Shown here: positions 1-9,900 of the stretch, one piece after another
Numbering within the stretch: the first letter of the stretch is position 1
How the letters are laid out: each line of letters opens with the position of its first letter
Source: a virus
Strand: one strand, 5' to 3'
Length of the DNA stretch: 64,000 nt
Virus record (IMG/VR): IMGVR_UViG_3300025154_000076
Coordinates: 8,080-72,079 of that record
Translations under genes and position numbers: made by a program
The notes under the pieces: model-generated
Told to the model about the DNA's origin: nothing
The model's input: only the letters and a program-made list of their open reading frames with translations
Databases searched by the model: none

Positions 1-366
1 CCAAGCACTACTATAAATAGTTTTGATTTCTTTTCCGTTTTTAACATAATACATCAACTCAAAATCATCTGTAATCTTATGACCCAATATTCTGCCACTA
101 CTTATTTTTTCTGTAACATACAAACGTTGTGATCTTGCTTCTCCTATTGATCTTAATGTAATTAACGGTTTTTTCTCCGCATTTACAAAGGTTCCTTCCA
201 TTAAGATAGTTCCTAATAAATGATTTTTAATAAAAAACTTAAAATTATTATTAGTTTCTTTTAAAATATTAAACCGAGAACCTAAATCTTGTATGTATTC
301 GTTTAAATTTACAACTTCTCTTTCAAGTTTTTCTATACTAACTCTTAGTTTTCTTTTTGTTTCCAT
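1..366 (-). CDS. hypothetical protein (runs off the window edge)
   Basis: ATG at 366 opens a frame (METKRKLRVSIEKLERE...) that continues to base 1; not in the ORF track. Confidence 0.6.
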   Translation of the reverse strand, partial: METKRKLRVSIEKLEREVVNLNEYIQDLGSRFNILKETNNNFKFFIKNHLLGTILMEGTFVNAEKKPLITLRSIGEARSQRLYVTEKISSGRILGHKITDDFELMYYVKNGKEIKTIYSSAW

Positions 367-409
367 GATTATTGTTTTTAAATTATTATTTTATTGAACC
401 CCTTATTCC

Positions 410-1282
410 TTAAAATGGCAAATCATCTGATTCTTCCGGCATATTAGGTCTTTCTTTTTTTTGTTCAGCAGATGGCTTTTTATCAAACTCACCTGAACTC
501 AATGATTCAGCATATAAAGGATTATTCTTTTCAAAATCTTTCACCTTTTCATCCACCTCATTTTGTTTTTCATTGATAATTTGTTCTTCTGTAACCCCTG
601 TATTGTTCATATAGTTTTTCCATGCCAAGAACATATCAATGTATTCTTCCACCTTAAATTGCTCTACCACCTGATCAGTAATTTCTTTTCCTGCATCAAT
701 ATAAGCATAGGCAAGAGGTGATCTGGCTATTTTTAATGCCTTATGAACCCTGTCTGAAAACCTGTTGTCGGTTTTATCATAAACCTCTGGATTAATAAGA
801 ATCATTTTATCCAACCAAACTTCATCTTTTATCCTTTTTGACTGATCTATGTCAGTTGCAAGAATTGTGGTAATTGACATTAACCCGGCTTTTGTTGCTA
901 CCCACAACACCCTTTTCATAGATGGTTTTTTATCAATTTCCTGTACCATATGAGCAACCACCTGATCGCAATCTCCAAGAATCTCTATTTTACCTGAAGG
1001 GCTAAACATAGCTATCTTGTTCTGCTTATTAAGAAATTGAGTGGAATAATATGACCCACCATTTGTTCCATGATTATTGTCAAAGCATGTTAATTGCAAT
1101 GTTCTCCCGATAAGAACACCTTCAATTGTCTTTTGAAAGTTTACCGTTTTTTCTCCATCGTAATATGTGAATATTGCAACATTGTCTTTGTATTTTACAT
1201 CCACACGATAATCAGGGGTTAATTTTGGATAATTTTCACCACCATGTTGACTATCTTTTAATTTTTCTTTCCATGTACTCAT
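410..1282 (-). CDS. putative ssDNA-binding/recombination protein
   Basis: 290 aa with acidic SSB-like C-terminal tail ESDDLPF; next to resolvase. Confidence 0.45.
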   Translation of the reverse strand: MSTWKEKLKDSQHGGENYPKLTPDYRVDVKYKDNVAIFTYYDGEKTVNFQKTIEGVLIGRTLQLTCFDNNHGTNGGSYYSTQFLNKQNKIAMFSPSGKIEILGDCDQVVAHMVQEIDKKPSMKRVLWVATKAGLMSITTILATDIDQSKRIKDEVWLDKMILINPEVYDKTDNRFSDRVHKALKIARSPLAYAYIDAGKEITDQVVEQFKVEEYIDMFLAWKNYMNNTGVTEEQIINEKQNEVDEKVKDFEKNNPLYAESLSSGEFDKKPSAEQKKERPNMPEESDDLPF

Positions 1283-1339
1283 TATTTTTAAGTTTTAAAT
1301 TGTTTATATAATTGAAAATTTATTTTGTAACCCTTTATT

Positions 1340-1924
1340 CTAATATATTGTTAATACTAATCCTCTTGATTTTTTATCTATTGACCATCCGTCTGGAATG
1401 GGTTCAATAAAATTAGTGTTATCATCTTTAAGCCATCCATATTTTACCATTAAGTCCATAGGAAATTGTTGCATATTAGGGTAGTCAAAGGTTTGTTTGC
1501 TTAACCGGATGAAATGAAACCCTATTCTTAATGGAAATTCCTTACCCTCTCTTAATTGATCAAATAGTTTCTTTTGATATTTCCACCATTTGAATGATAA
1601 TGCCTCATATTCCATACATGCCCTTGATTTAATTAGCATCCTTTTATTGCCATTGGTAATTATCCTTTTAGAATTCTTACTACTGGTTACTGAATAAGGA
1701 ATGTATATTTTACCCTGCTGCTTGTATTCATTTATTTTGTACATGATGAAGGTTTCTTCCATTTGCATTGGTATCCTTCTTTTTACCCTTTTACCTTCTA
1801 CCATCTTTTCAAATTCAGGAAGTTGTTTCTGTGTTTTAAACCCCTTACCGTCAAATGCTATTTTCCCTGTCTTTAGTGCTTCCCTAAATTCCTCCACACT
1901 ATAACTTGTTTTTCCGTTGCTCAT
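1340..1924 (-). CDS. RusA-like Holliday junction resolvase
   Basis: SSKNS motif and FDYPN...DLMVKYGWLKDDN pattern resemble RusA-family acidic catalytic residues. Confidence 0.6.
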   Translation of the reverse strand: MSNGKTSYSVEEFREALKTGKIAFDGKGFKTQKQLPEFEKMVEGKRVKRRIPMQMEETFIMYKINEYKQQGKIYIPYSVTSSKNSKRIITNGNKRMLIKSRACMEYEALSFKWWKYQKKLFDQLREGKEFPLRIGFHFIRLSKQTFDYPNMQQFPMDLMVKYGWLKDDNTNFIEPIPDGWSIDKKSRGLVLTIY

Positions 1925-1941
1925 TAAATTTATCTTGTTTA

Positions 1942-2193
1942 TTATACATTAAATGTTCGTTTAACAAATCTCACTAAATTATCGTATTTACCTCTTTTAT
2001 CGAGGTTAAAATCATAGTATCTTTTCTTTTCAGGGAATACATCCACCTGGTAATCATTCTTTGTCAACCTGAAATGCCATGCTTTAATAAAATTAAGGGA
2101 TATATTACCCTTTTCACAAATCTTCAACAAATCGAATTTATCTCTTTGCTGCTTTTCTTTTTTTTTCTTTAACTTATCGGAATCGGGAATCAT
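1942..2193 (-). CDS. hypothetical protein
   Basis: 83-aa ORF in co-oriented run. Confidence 0.6.
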   Translation of the reverse strand: MIPDSDKLKKKKEKQQRDKFDLLKICEKGNISLNFIKAWHFRLTKNDYQVDVFPEKKRYYDFNLDKRGKYDNLVRFVKRTFNV

Positions 2194-2344
2194 AATTAAT
2201 TCATATGTATGGTAAAAACATTATACTTATAATCCAATATTATAACCTGAACCACTGCCTTTACTCTGCCAACATATATAACATCATCAATCACCATCAC
2301 TAATGTGGCAACCTCATTATATTTTATTGGCTTTGTAAATGTTG

Positions 2345-2701
2345 TCATAATTCAAATTGGCTTAAATCATTTAATTGTAAATAGTCTACAATATCAATCT
2401 GTACATCTTTAATTTCAAATTGGTATATCTGTTTTGTACTTGCATCTACACATATCACTGTTGGTACTTCTAAAATATCCCTTTTTAATCCTTCTGAACC
2501 CATTATTTCCCTTGTTTGCTTTCCCCAACGAAGGAAATATGCAGGTTTATAGACAGGCTCGGTGGCTTCTAAGGCATTAATTTCTCTTGCCATTCGATCA
2601 TGTTTTTCATAATTGGGTTCCCTTAATAAGGCCTCTCTCATTTTATCCAAACGAACCTCTTTCTCATTATAATAAATCATATTTATCTTGCCTATACTCA
2701 T
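2345..2701 (-). CDS. hypothetical protein
   Basis: 118-aa ORF overlapping upstream gene by 4 nt. Confidence 0.65.
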   Translation of the reverse strand: MSIGKINMIYYNEKEVRLDKMREALLREPNYEKHDRMAREINALEATEPVYKPAYFLRWGKQTREIMGSEGLKRDILEVPTVICVDASTKQIYQFEIKDVQIDIVDYLQLNDLSQFEL

Positions 2702-3114
2702 AGCTTATACCCTGCTTTGTTTTTCAATAAAGTTAAAGTTTTTTCTGTGAAATGAACAAATTTATGCCCTTGTCTTTTTCCTGATATGGAAATAAAGGGT
2801 TGCACAAAATCAATTTTATCTGCAAACTGATTAACACTTGCCAATGATTTCCATCCCATAAGGTCTGTAAATTGTCCTAATTCACATATATTATATGACA
2901 TAAGGGATGCCACCTCTTTATTGGTTAGCTTCAGTTCTCCCCTGTCAATCTTTTGTATTGATGTGAGAAGTTTCTTTGGCCGTTTAACTTTTGTTATTTC
3001 AAATACATCAGCATCCACCAATTCTCCCTGGTCAACCTCTTTTTTAGGTTTTAACCCCTTATCCGGCTTTTCCTTTTTCTTCCCTTCCCAAAAGGTGTCT
3101 ATTATATTATTCAT
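2698..3114 (-). CDS. hypothetical protein
   Basis: 138-aa ORF, translationally coupled. Confidence 0.65.
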   Translation of the reverse strand: MNNIIDTFWEGKKKEKPDKGLKPKKEVDQGELVDADVFEITKVKRPKKLLTSIQKIDRGELKLTNKEVASLMSYNICELGQFTDLMGWKSLASVNQFADKIDFVQPFISISGKRQGHKFVHFTEKTLTLLKNKAGYKL

Positions 3115-3712
3115 CTGGTAAATAGTTGTTTTTAAATTTATTATCTAAATATTCAATATACATTCTAAACTCCCTGTTCGTTTCTATTAAATTATTCACT
3201 GTTTTACAGGCATGTAACACTGTGGCATGGTCTTTATCTCCATATTGCTGTCCTACCTTCTCCAATGATGTCCTTTTTATTAATTTCATGGCAAAATACA
3301 TAGCTATCTGCCTGCACTGAACCACCTCTCTCTTTCTTGTCTTTATTAATATACTGTCCTCTTTAAGCTTAAAATATGATTCCACCTCTAATTTAATAAT
3401 GTTGTAATTTATCTTCTCTATCCGGTCTGTTTTAGTAAAGAGTAAAACATTATCCCCTTCTTTTATACCCATTATTTTGTCAAATAACTCGGCTTTGTCC
3501 AATAATGATAAGGCTTTTATTTCTGATTTATTATAGATAATCTTTTGCTTACCATGAAAAACTACAAATAAGGGGTTCGATGTCCATGCCTCCTTCATGC
3601 TGTTTAGAACACCCTTATAAACCCCACCATTGTCCTCCGCTATTATCTTGTATTCCCTATTGAACCCTTGTACTCCCTTACTTTTACTTATTAAGCTTAG
3701 TATGTTCATCAC
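3107..3712 (-). CDS. protein with DnaA C-terminal (domain IV) HTH
   Basis: RKREVVQCRQIAMYF...SLEKVGQQYGDKDHATVLHACKTV is the Bac_DnaA_C signature; no AAA+ domain. Confidence 0.85.
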   Translation of the reverse strand: MMNILSLISKSKGVQGFNREYKIIAEDNGGVYKGVLNSMKEAWTSNPLFVVFHGKQKIIYNKSEIKALSLLDKAELFDKIMGIKEGDNVLLFTKTDRIEKINYNIIKLEVESYFKLKEDSILIKTRKREVVQCRQIAMYFAMKLIKRTSLEKVGQQYGDKDHATVLHACKTVNNLIETNREFRMYIEYLDNKFKNNYLPDE

Positions 3713-3729
3713 TCTTATGTATTAGATAA

Positions 3730-4143
3730 TTAAAAAACAAGACACCAATATATCCCATGAACCATAATAATTTCTTTTACCCCTACATTTTTTCTTAAAA
3801 ATGAATTTATGTTTTCATCTAATTTTAGATTAGCAACTAAATCTGTTTCAATAACCACACCTTGTTTAGTGTAATTTTCTGGACACCTTAGTATTATCCA
3901 ATTATGGGTTAGGTTGCATTTAAGATATAGTTTAAGGTGTTCGGCATAATTAGATTCTATAAATTCTAAAACCTCTTTTCCTGACACTGGCTTAATTTCT
4001 TTTGTAGGTAAAACTTCTGTTATTGCTTTATTAATTGCTTTATAAAAATGTTTAAAATCCATAGTTGTTAGCCATCCATCTCTATTAACTGCATATTCAA
4101 ACCATAGATTATCCGCTAATACCCTTATTTCTTCTTCTTTCAT
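3730..4143 (-). CDS. hypothetical protein
   Basis: 137-aa ORF. Confidence 0.6.
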   Translation of the reverse strand: MKEEEIRVLADNLWFEYAVNRDGWLTTMDFKHFYKAINKAITEVLPTKEIKPVSGKEVLEFIESNYAEHLKLYLKCNLTHNWIILRCPENYTKQGVVIETDLVANLKLDENINSFLRKNVGVKEIIMVHGIYWCLVF

Positions 4144-4163
4144 GTTATTATTTTTTTAACCCA

Positions 4164-4364
4164 TTATCTAATACACCAACCATCAAATATTTGCCTTTCA
4201 AAATCATCTTTGGCAACTATTAATCCTTCTTTTCTTTTTAAACAACGCATCCAATGATATGATACTGATGCAATACCTCTTTCAACCCTTTCTCCACAAT
4301 GATTACATATAAGATAATCACCAAACACCTTATCTTTTTCAAAAATTGTTTTAAAATCTTCCAT
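4164..4364 (-). CDS. small Zn-finger-like hypothetical protein
   Basis: CNHC...HWMRC. Confidence 0.5.
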   Translation of the reverse strand: MEDFKTIFEKDKVFGDYLICNHCGERVERGIASVSYHWMRCLKRKEGLIVAKDDFERQIFDGWCIR

Positions 4365-4387
4365 TTCATCGTTATTTAATAAATAAT

Positions 4388-4597
4388 TTAATCATCAATC
4401 CATTCTTCATACTCCCATAATTCAGAATTATAGTTATCATTACGATTAAAAGAAAATACAGATTCCTCATATCTTAAAAACCGTTTTTTATATTTAACCC
4501 TTTCTAACCATCGTGTTTCATCATCAATAGTTAATGGAAACCATAAAAATTTAGAAATAATCTTTTCATCTCCATAATTATGTCTTTTTATTCTCAT
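4388..4597 (-). CDS. hypothetical phage protein
   Basis: 69-aa ORF, KFLWFPLTIDDETRWLE. Confidence 0.6.
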   Translation of the reverse strand: MRIKRHNYGDEKIISKFLWFPLTIDDETRWLERVKYKKRFLRYEESVFSFNRNDNYNSELWEYEEWIDD

Positions 4598-4605
4598 GTT
4601 GCTTA

Positions 4606-4680
4606 AAATAAAAAGGCAAGAAACAGGATTATTTTCCCCAGGTTATAGCTCGGTCGGCTATATGTATCCTGCTTCTTGCC
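4606..4680 (-). terminator. long leader hairpin with U-tract (terminator/attenuator)
   Basis: GGCAAGAAACAGGAT (4615-4629) pairs with ATCCTGCTTCTTGCC (4666-4680); inner TATAGC/GCTATA stem; T-run follows on minus strand. Confidence 0.55.
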
Positions 4681-4811
4681 ATAGTTGAATAACATTTTTA
4701 CTATTATTAGAGAGTGCTAAGATATGAATAAATATTTATTTACAAAACTTTTTAGTCAAAAAAAATCCCCTCCATTAAATGAAAGGGATTCTTAACTAAC
4801 ATGGAAACAAA

Positions 4812-5486
4812 TTAACGAACTAATAAACCTACTATAAATCCGGTTAACCCCCAAAAAGAATTGCGTTCATAAACCTTCTTTGGTGGAGGTAAAATATATA
4901 AACTTTGTGCTGATGTCATACTTGCATTTGGATCCGCTAAGGTAAAATCAACTACTAATGTTTTTGGCTTCATCAACCCCTGACGTTTCCAATATTGGTC
5001 TGAGGTAAAGGCTACCTGATAAGAATGGGTAAAACTAAGTGTGTTTTTATGAATAATTCCATTCATAGTTAAAAATGAATCATCATAATTAAATACCCTT
5101 GATTTAAGTGTATCACCACTTGATGTTATTGTTATAGTGTCATATAGAGTTACTGTATCACTTTTTATAACTGATAACTGTCCTTCTAAATGTGAAACAA
5201 GGTTTTTGTAACCCCTTATTTTCTTTTCGAGTTCCTTATTGTTTTCAAAAAGGTTATCTGCCTGGTCTTTTGCCTGTGATGCTGTAAGGGCATAAGAATC
5301 TCTTTCTGCTATTATTCGGCCCCTTTCGTCTGTTTGGTTTCTTATTACTTTGTTACTTACCTCTATAACGTTGTTTAAACCCCTTATTTCGCTCTTTAGC
5401 TTTGAACGGTAGTTTATACCAACGAGGATAAGAAACATTGCCAGTGCTAAAAAAAACCATATCCTGATGTTTATTTTTACGTTCAT
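4812..5486 (-). CDS. putative spanin-like lysis protein
   Basis: N-terminal TM, coiled coil, C-terminal hydrophobic tail; directly downstream of endolysin. Confidence 0.5.
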   Translation of the reverse strand: MNVKINIRIWFFLALAMFLILVGINYRSKLKSEIRGLNNVIEVSNKVIRNQTDERGRIIAERDSYALTASQAKDQADNLFENNKELEKKIRGYKNLVSHLEGQLSVIKSDTVTLYDTITITSSGDTLKSRVFNYDDSFLTMNGIIHKNTLSFTHSYQVAFTSDQYWKRQGLMKPKTLVVDFTLADPNASMTSAQSLYILPPPKKVYERNSFWGLTGFIVGLLVR

Positions 5487-5489
5487 GAT

Positions 5490-5930
5490 CTATTCTTTAT
5501 TTTTTCCAAACTCATAATTTAACCCATCAATAAAAGATTGTGATAATCCTGCACAAAAAGACTTATTTACAGGGTCTAAGTCAGAATGCTGTTTTACATC
5601 TAATACACCAAACTTAGTGTATAAGATAAGCAATAACTGTTTTACCTTATTTAACTGAACATCTGTAAATTTTCCTGAATTCCCAATAAGACAAACCCCT
5701 ATACTTCCTTCATTAAACCCCTTTACATGTGCGCCATCTTCCAAAATATGCCTCCCTGTTTCTATTAATCCATCGTAAAACGAATCATAGGGATTAGTAT
5801 CTATCTTCCCATTAAGAACAACAAAATGATAACCTAATTCATTCCACCCCTTTGCTCTATGCCATGAACCTAATAATTCAGCATTGCCATAAGAACTATC
5901 CGAACAATGTAAAACAACTAATTTTTCCAT
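5490..5930 (-). CDS. endolysin, N-acetylmuramoyl-L-alanine amidase (Amidase_2, T7 lysozyme-like)
   Basis: VVLHCS, GWNELGYHFVV, GAHVKGFN, SIGVCLIG, H...K.C motifs. Confidence 0.9.
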   Translation of the reverse strand: MEKLVVLHCSDSSYGNAELLGSWHRAKGWNELGYHFVVLNGKIDTNPYDSFYDGLIETGRHILEDGAHVKGFNEGSIGVCLIGNSGKFTDVQLNKVKQLLLILYTKFGVLDVKQHSDLDPVNKSFCAGLSQSFIDGLNYEFGKNKE

Positions 5931-5954
5931 AATATGTGTGTGTTAGTTAATAAT

Positions 5955-6185
5955 TCATGTTTTGGTTGTACCTCCAATAGTGGCAAGAAGGGTTATAAGT
6001 CCTGATAAAACACCACAAATAGCCACTATCCCTGTTACATCATAGTTTTTGTCATGTAACTGTCCATAGATATATACTAAACCCATTATTGTGGAAAGAA
6101 TAATAACAACAATTGCTGTCAATAATGAGATAGTCCTTTTGGAAGATGTATTTCCTTCTCTGTCTTGTAATAATTCACTTCCCAC
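5955..6185 (-). CDS. putative holin
   Basis: 76 aa, two TM helices, SSKR motif, adjacent to endolysin. Confidence 0.6.
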   Translation of the reverse strand: MGSELLQDREGNTSSKRTISLLTAIVVIILSTIMGLVYIYGQLHDKNYDVTGIVAICGVLSGLITLLATIGGTTKT

Positions 6186-6591
6186 TTCGTTGTGATATGT
6201 TAATTAAGTTTATAATAGTATCATTTAACCGATCTATTTTACCTGACACCTCTATCCTTACATCTTCAATCTTACTACTTAGAGTATCTATACTTGAACT
6301 AACCCTTGATATTTGGGATTCAACAGCTTTAAACTGAATATCATTCTTCTCATTATGGTCTTTAAGCCTCATTTTTTCAGCATCCATAAGTTCTTTATTT
6401 TGTTTTAACATCAATTCGTGCATCTTGAATTGTTCATCAACAAAAGATTTATCCGCTTTTTTATTAAACAATTCAGAAATATCTTTTTTCCTGTCTTTGT
6501 TCATAATGTAAAGATACGATAAAATAGATACAGCCATTAATATTGCTGATATAGCTACTGTTGCAGTAGGAAGGAATGGAATATTAAGCAT
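6175..6591 (-). CDS. membrane-anchored coiled-coil protein (holin/antiholin-like)
   Basis: one N-terminal TM plus coiled coil, within lysis cassette. Confidence 0.5.
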   Translation of the reverse strand: MLNIPFLPTATVAISAILMAVSILSYLYIMNKDRKKDISELFNKKADKSFVDEQFKMHELMLKQNKELMDAEKMRLKDHNEKNDIQFKAVESQISRVSSSIDTLSSKIEDVRIEVSGKIDRLNDTIINLINISQRSGK

Positions 6592-6612
6592 AGTTTATTA
6601 TTATTTTAGAAT

Positions 6613-6873
6613 TTACCCGGTATAGTATGCATCCAGGAACACCTTTATTGCAGCAGCTAAAGCAGCAGCGGAGGCAGTAGAAGGGGTTGATACATCTGTA
6701 TAATCAAAATCAATAATTTCAGGTGCTTTTATGTTATTACCTGTAGGACAAACAAGGTAAACCCTTGTACCCTTGTATCTTAATCTTAACCCTTCCTTTG
6801 GAATTATGTCCACATCTCCTGTAGCATGGGTTATGGTTAAGAAATTTGTTGAATCTGTTATTGTTTTTGCCAT
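6613..6873 (-). CDS. hypothetical (probably structural) protein
   Basis: 86-aa ORF in late operon. Confidence 0.55.
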   Translation of the reverse strand: MAKTITDSTNFLTITHATGDVDIIPKEGLRLRYKGTRVYLVCPTGNNIKAPEIIDFDYTDVSTPSTASAAALAAAIKVFLDAYYTG

Positions 6874-6909
6874 AGTCTTTTTTATTTAAAAGTAATCAAA
6901 ATTTTTAAA

Positions 6910-9900
6910 TTAAGGTATATAAATACTACTTGACTTTGTTTCAGGCTTATCATAATATAATTTATTATGATATTCCATCAAGTCCTTATCTTTCCATAGT
7001 TTTTTTAATTTATCAGCATAGTCATCTATTGCTTTTTTTATTTCTTCTTTTTTACCTTCATCTGTTTCATTTCTATAAGCAACCAATAATGCATTTAATT
7101 CCTTGTAATCATCATCTTTACCTAATTTATATTTTTTAGCATTATCTACAACCCATTTAACATCCTTATTACCATAAGGAGAATCATAGGATTCTTTAGC
7201 TAAACCAGTTAATTCCCATCCTATTTTGTCTTTTGCAGTTTCACTTCCTATATTGCTCAATCTTATTCCAAAATCTCCAAAATAAGAAAATGTACCTTTA
7301 ATAAAATAATCAACTTGTCTTGGATCAAAACTATCTTTTGATAATTTTTGTCCTAATTTACCTAACCTACTTGACTGTTCTGTTTTCCTTAATCTAACAT
7401 CAATATCTTTTTCATATTCTGGAATAATATTTTGACCTCTAAATGCATCATAATTGCTTGTTAAGGATTTAACCGACCCACTATTTGTAGTTATTCCTGT
7501 CATATCAATAGGAGATAGTCCTTTGGTAATAAACTTAACATAATCAGAATCAAATTGATCTTCTAATTTATCATCCAATACCGCTGCATCAACAAACCTA
7601 CCAATTAACGAAGCCATAAGACCTACCTCAAAAGGTTTGGGAATGGTAAGCCAGTGAATCCTTTTCATTCCTAATTTATGAATTGGAATATTATAAAATA
7701 AATCCCTCCTATAATTTGGTAAATTTTTATATTCTTCAATAATATCATCATCCTGATTTCTTATTAATAATGTATTAGCTATTTGTGGTAACATGGCGTA
7801 AATTAAAAATTTAGCTGTAAACTGACCTGGATGCTTATGCATTGTTTTAACCAACTTACTGAAACCCCTTATTTTAGCATTAGTGAATGGTAACATATCA
7901 TTTAGAGCAACCACATAACCCCCTATAACCTTAAAATCTAATAAATCTCTTGCCTCAAACGCTGCTTTTAACTTAGCGTCATAATCACTATATCCCTTTT
8001 TTTTATAATGATCATAAACATTATAAAATTCTTCTATTCTTGTTTTCTTTTCTGAATTACCAAGTAACTTATCATACATTTTAGCTAAATCTGATGGCTT
8101 AACAAATATTGTATTTTCAGTTTTAGCCTCTTTCATTGTTTTTTGAATCATGTCATAATAAGAACCTTTATTTCTTAAATGATAACCAAATTGTCCTCCA
8201 CCAAAAAGTTCATAATCATTATATCCTTTTGTTTTATTTCTAAAATTACTAAACTTAGGAAATAAACTACTTATTACTAACCTATTTTGAAAATCTCTAA
8301 TTCTGTTTCGTACTTGAAATGTGGGAAATTTAGTAACAGAAGGTCTTAATATTTTAGCATACGCTGTAAATATTAAAGGTAAATCATGCGATATATCGTG
8401 TATCCCTATTAATGATTCATATATATCAGGACTAAACCTCCAATATTCTTTTTCCCCTTTAACATATATAGGAATAGTATAAGAATCTTTACTTTTTACC
8501 CTAAATCCTATTTCAGCTAAATCCATCACATCACCTTCCCTCATACCTCTTTGAATTGTAAGCATATCCCTAAAGGCCACCATTGCCTCATTTCTTTTTG
8601 CATCCTTCATTATTTCATAGGTAGAGTTAATTAAAGCAACATAAGGATCCACCATATCTCTCGAACTCCCCTTTAATCTATGAATAACTTCCTTAACATT
8701 ACCAATAGAACTCGTTCCATCTGAAAAAAATGCATTTTCAAAAATATCACCACCTATTTCTGTTTGTTTTATTCTTGCAAAAGCAATGTATTCAGCATTT
8801 AATTCTTTAATTAAATCATATTGTTCTTTTGAAATACGCCCTTTTTCAACTGCAAATAAAAGATTATCATTAGCAAAATCCTGATACCTTCTTTTTAATT
8901 CATCATATATTTCTTTTTTATCGGGATTATTTTTAATTATTTGATCATATTCTTTTATAATATCCTTAGCAACTAAATAATCATTTCTTTTTTTACCCTT
9001 TACTCCTAAACTTATTCCTGATACATCTAAATGAGTAAAATCATATAACTTTTTATCTTCAGGTTTAATATCATTGAATTTCATTTCTTCAATTAACTCA
9101 CGTACAGTCATATTCCCATCTACATCTGTTCGAAGTATTTTTGTTTCTTTTTTTAATAATTCAGGAAAATTCTTTAATACTTCTTCAGGAGGTAATTTAC
9201 CTTGTTCAATATCTTCTAATATTTTTCTTTTTGTTAATCTATCAACAAATTCAATAGTTCTATCTGCTATCATTCTATTAGTATTAATAGCAATATCCTT
9301 TTCAAATTCTTTTCCTTTTGCTGGTTCAAATAACCATGTCCTTGTCTTTGGCATTCCAGTTTTTTCATCTATCTTTCTTTTCATCTCACCATTTACCATC
9401 CCTTTCTCCATAACATTAAAAAAAACATCATCATGCCCCAATGTTAACCTTGATAATATTTCAAAATCTTTATGTGGTAAAACAGATTCAACCCCCTTCA
9501 CTTTCATTGCTTTTCTAAACCCATCTTCTCCATGAAAATACTGATTATCAACACGTGTTAGAAATGATGCTTTACTTTTAAAAGGTTCTATTAAAAATTT
9601 TGGAAATATTTTTCTTGCTAACGACCTTTTTTCTGGATTAGATGAATGAATAATAGAACTAACAGATGATATTTTAGTTGCACTTAATAAGCCCCTCATT
9701 TGATTACTAAAATTACCAATAACATCTTTTGTTGACTTATCAACCTTACTATTATATAAATCATATATTAACGCACTTTCTTTTGCTGCTTCTGGGTTTA
9801 AAACAAATACACGCAACCATTCTGCAAATCCTTCTTGCTGTTTATATTTTAATTTTTCTGCTTTACTAACTCCCCTTGGAGGTCTTGACCCTCCTGCCCA

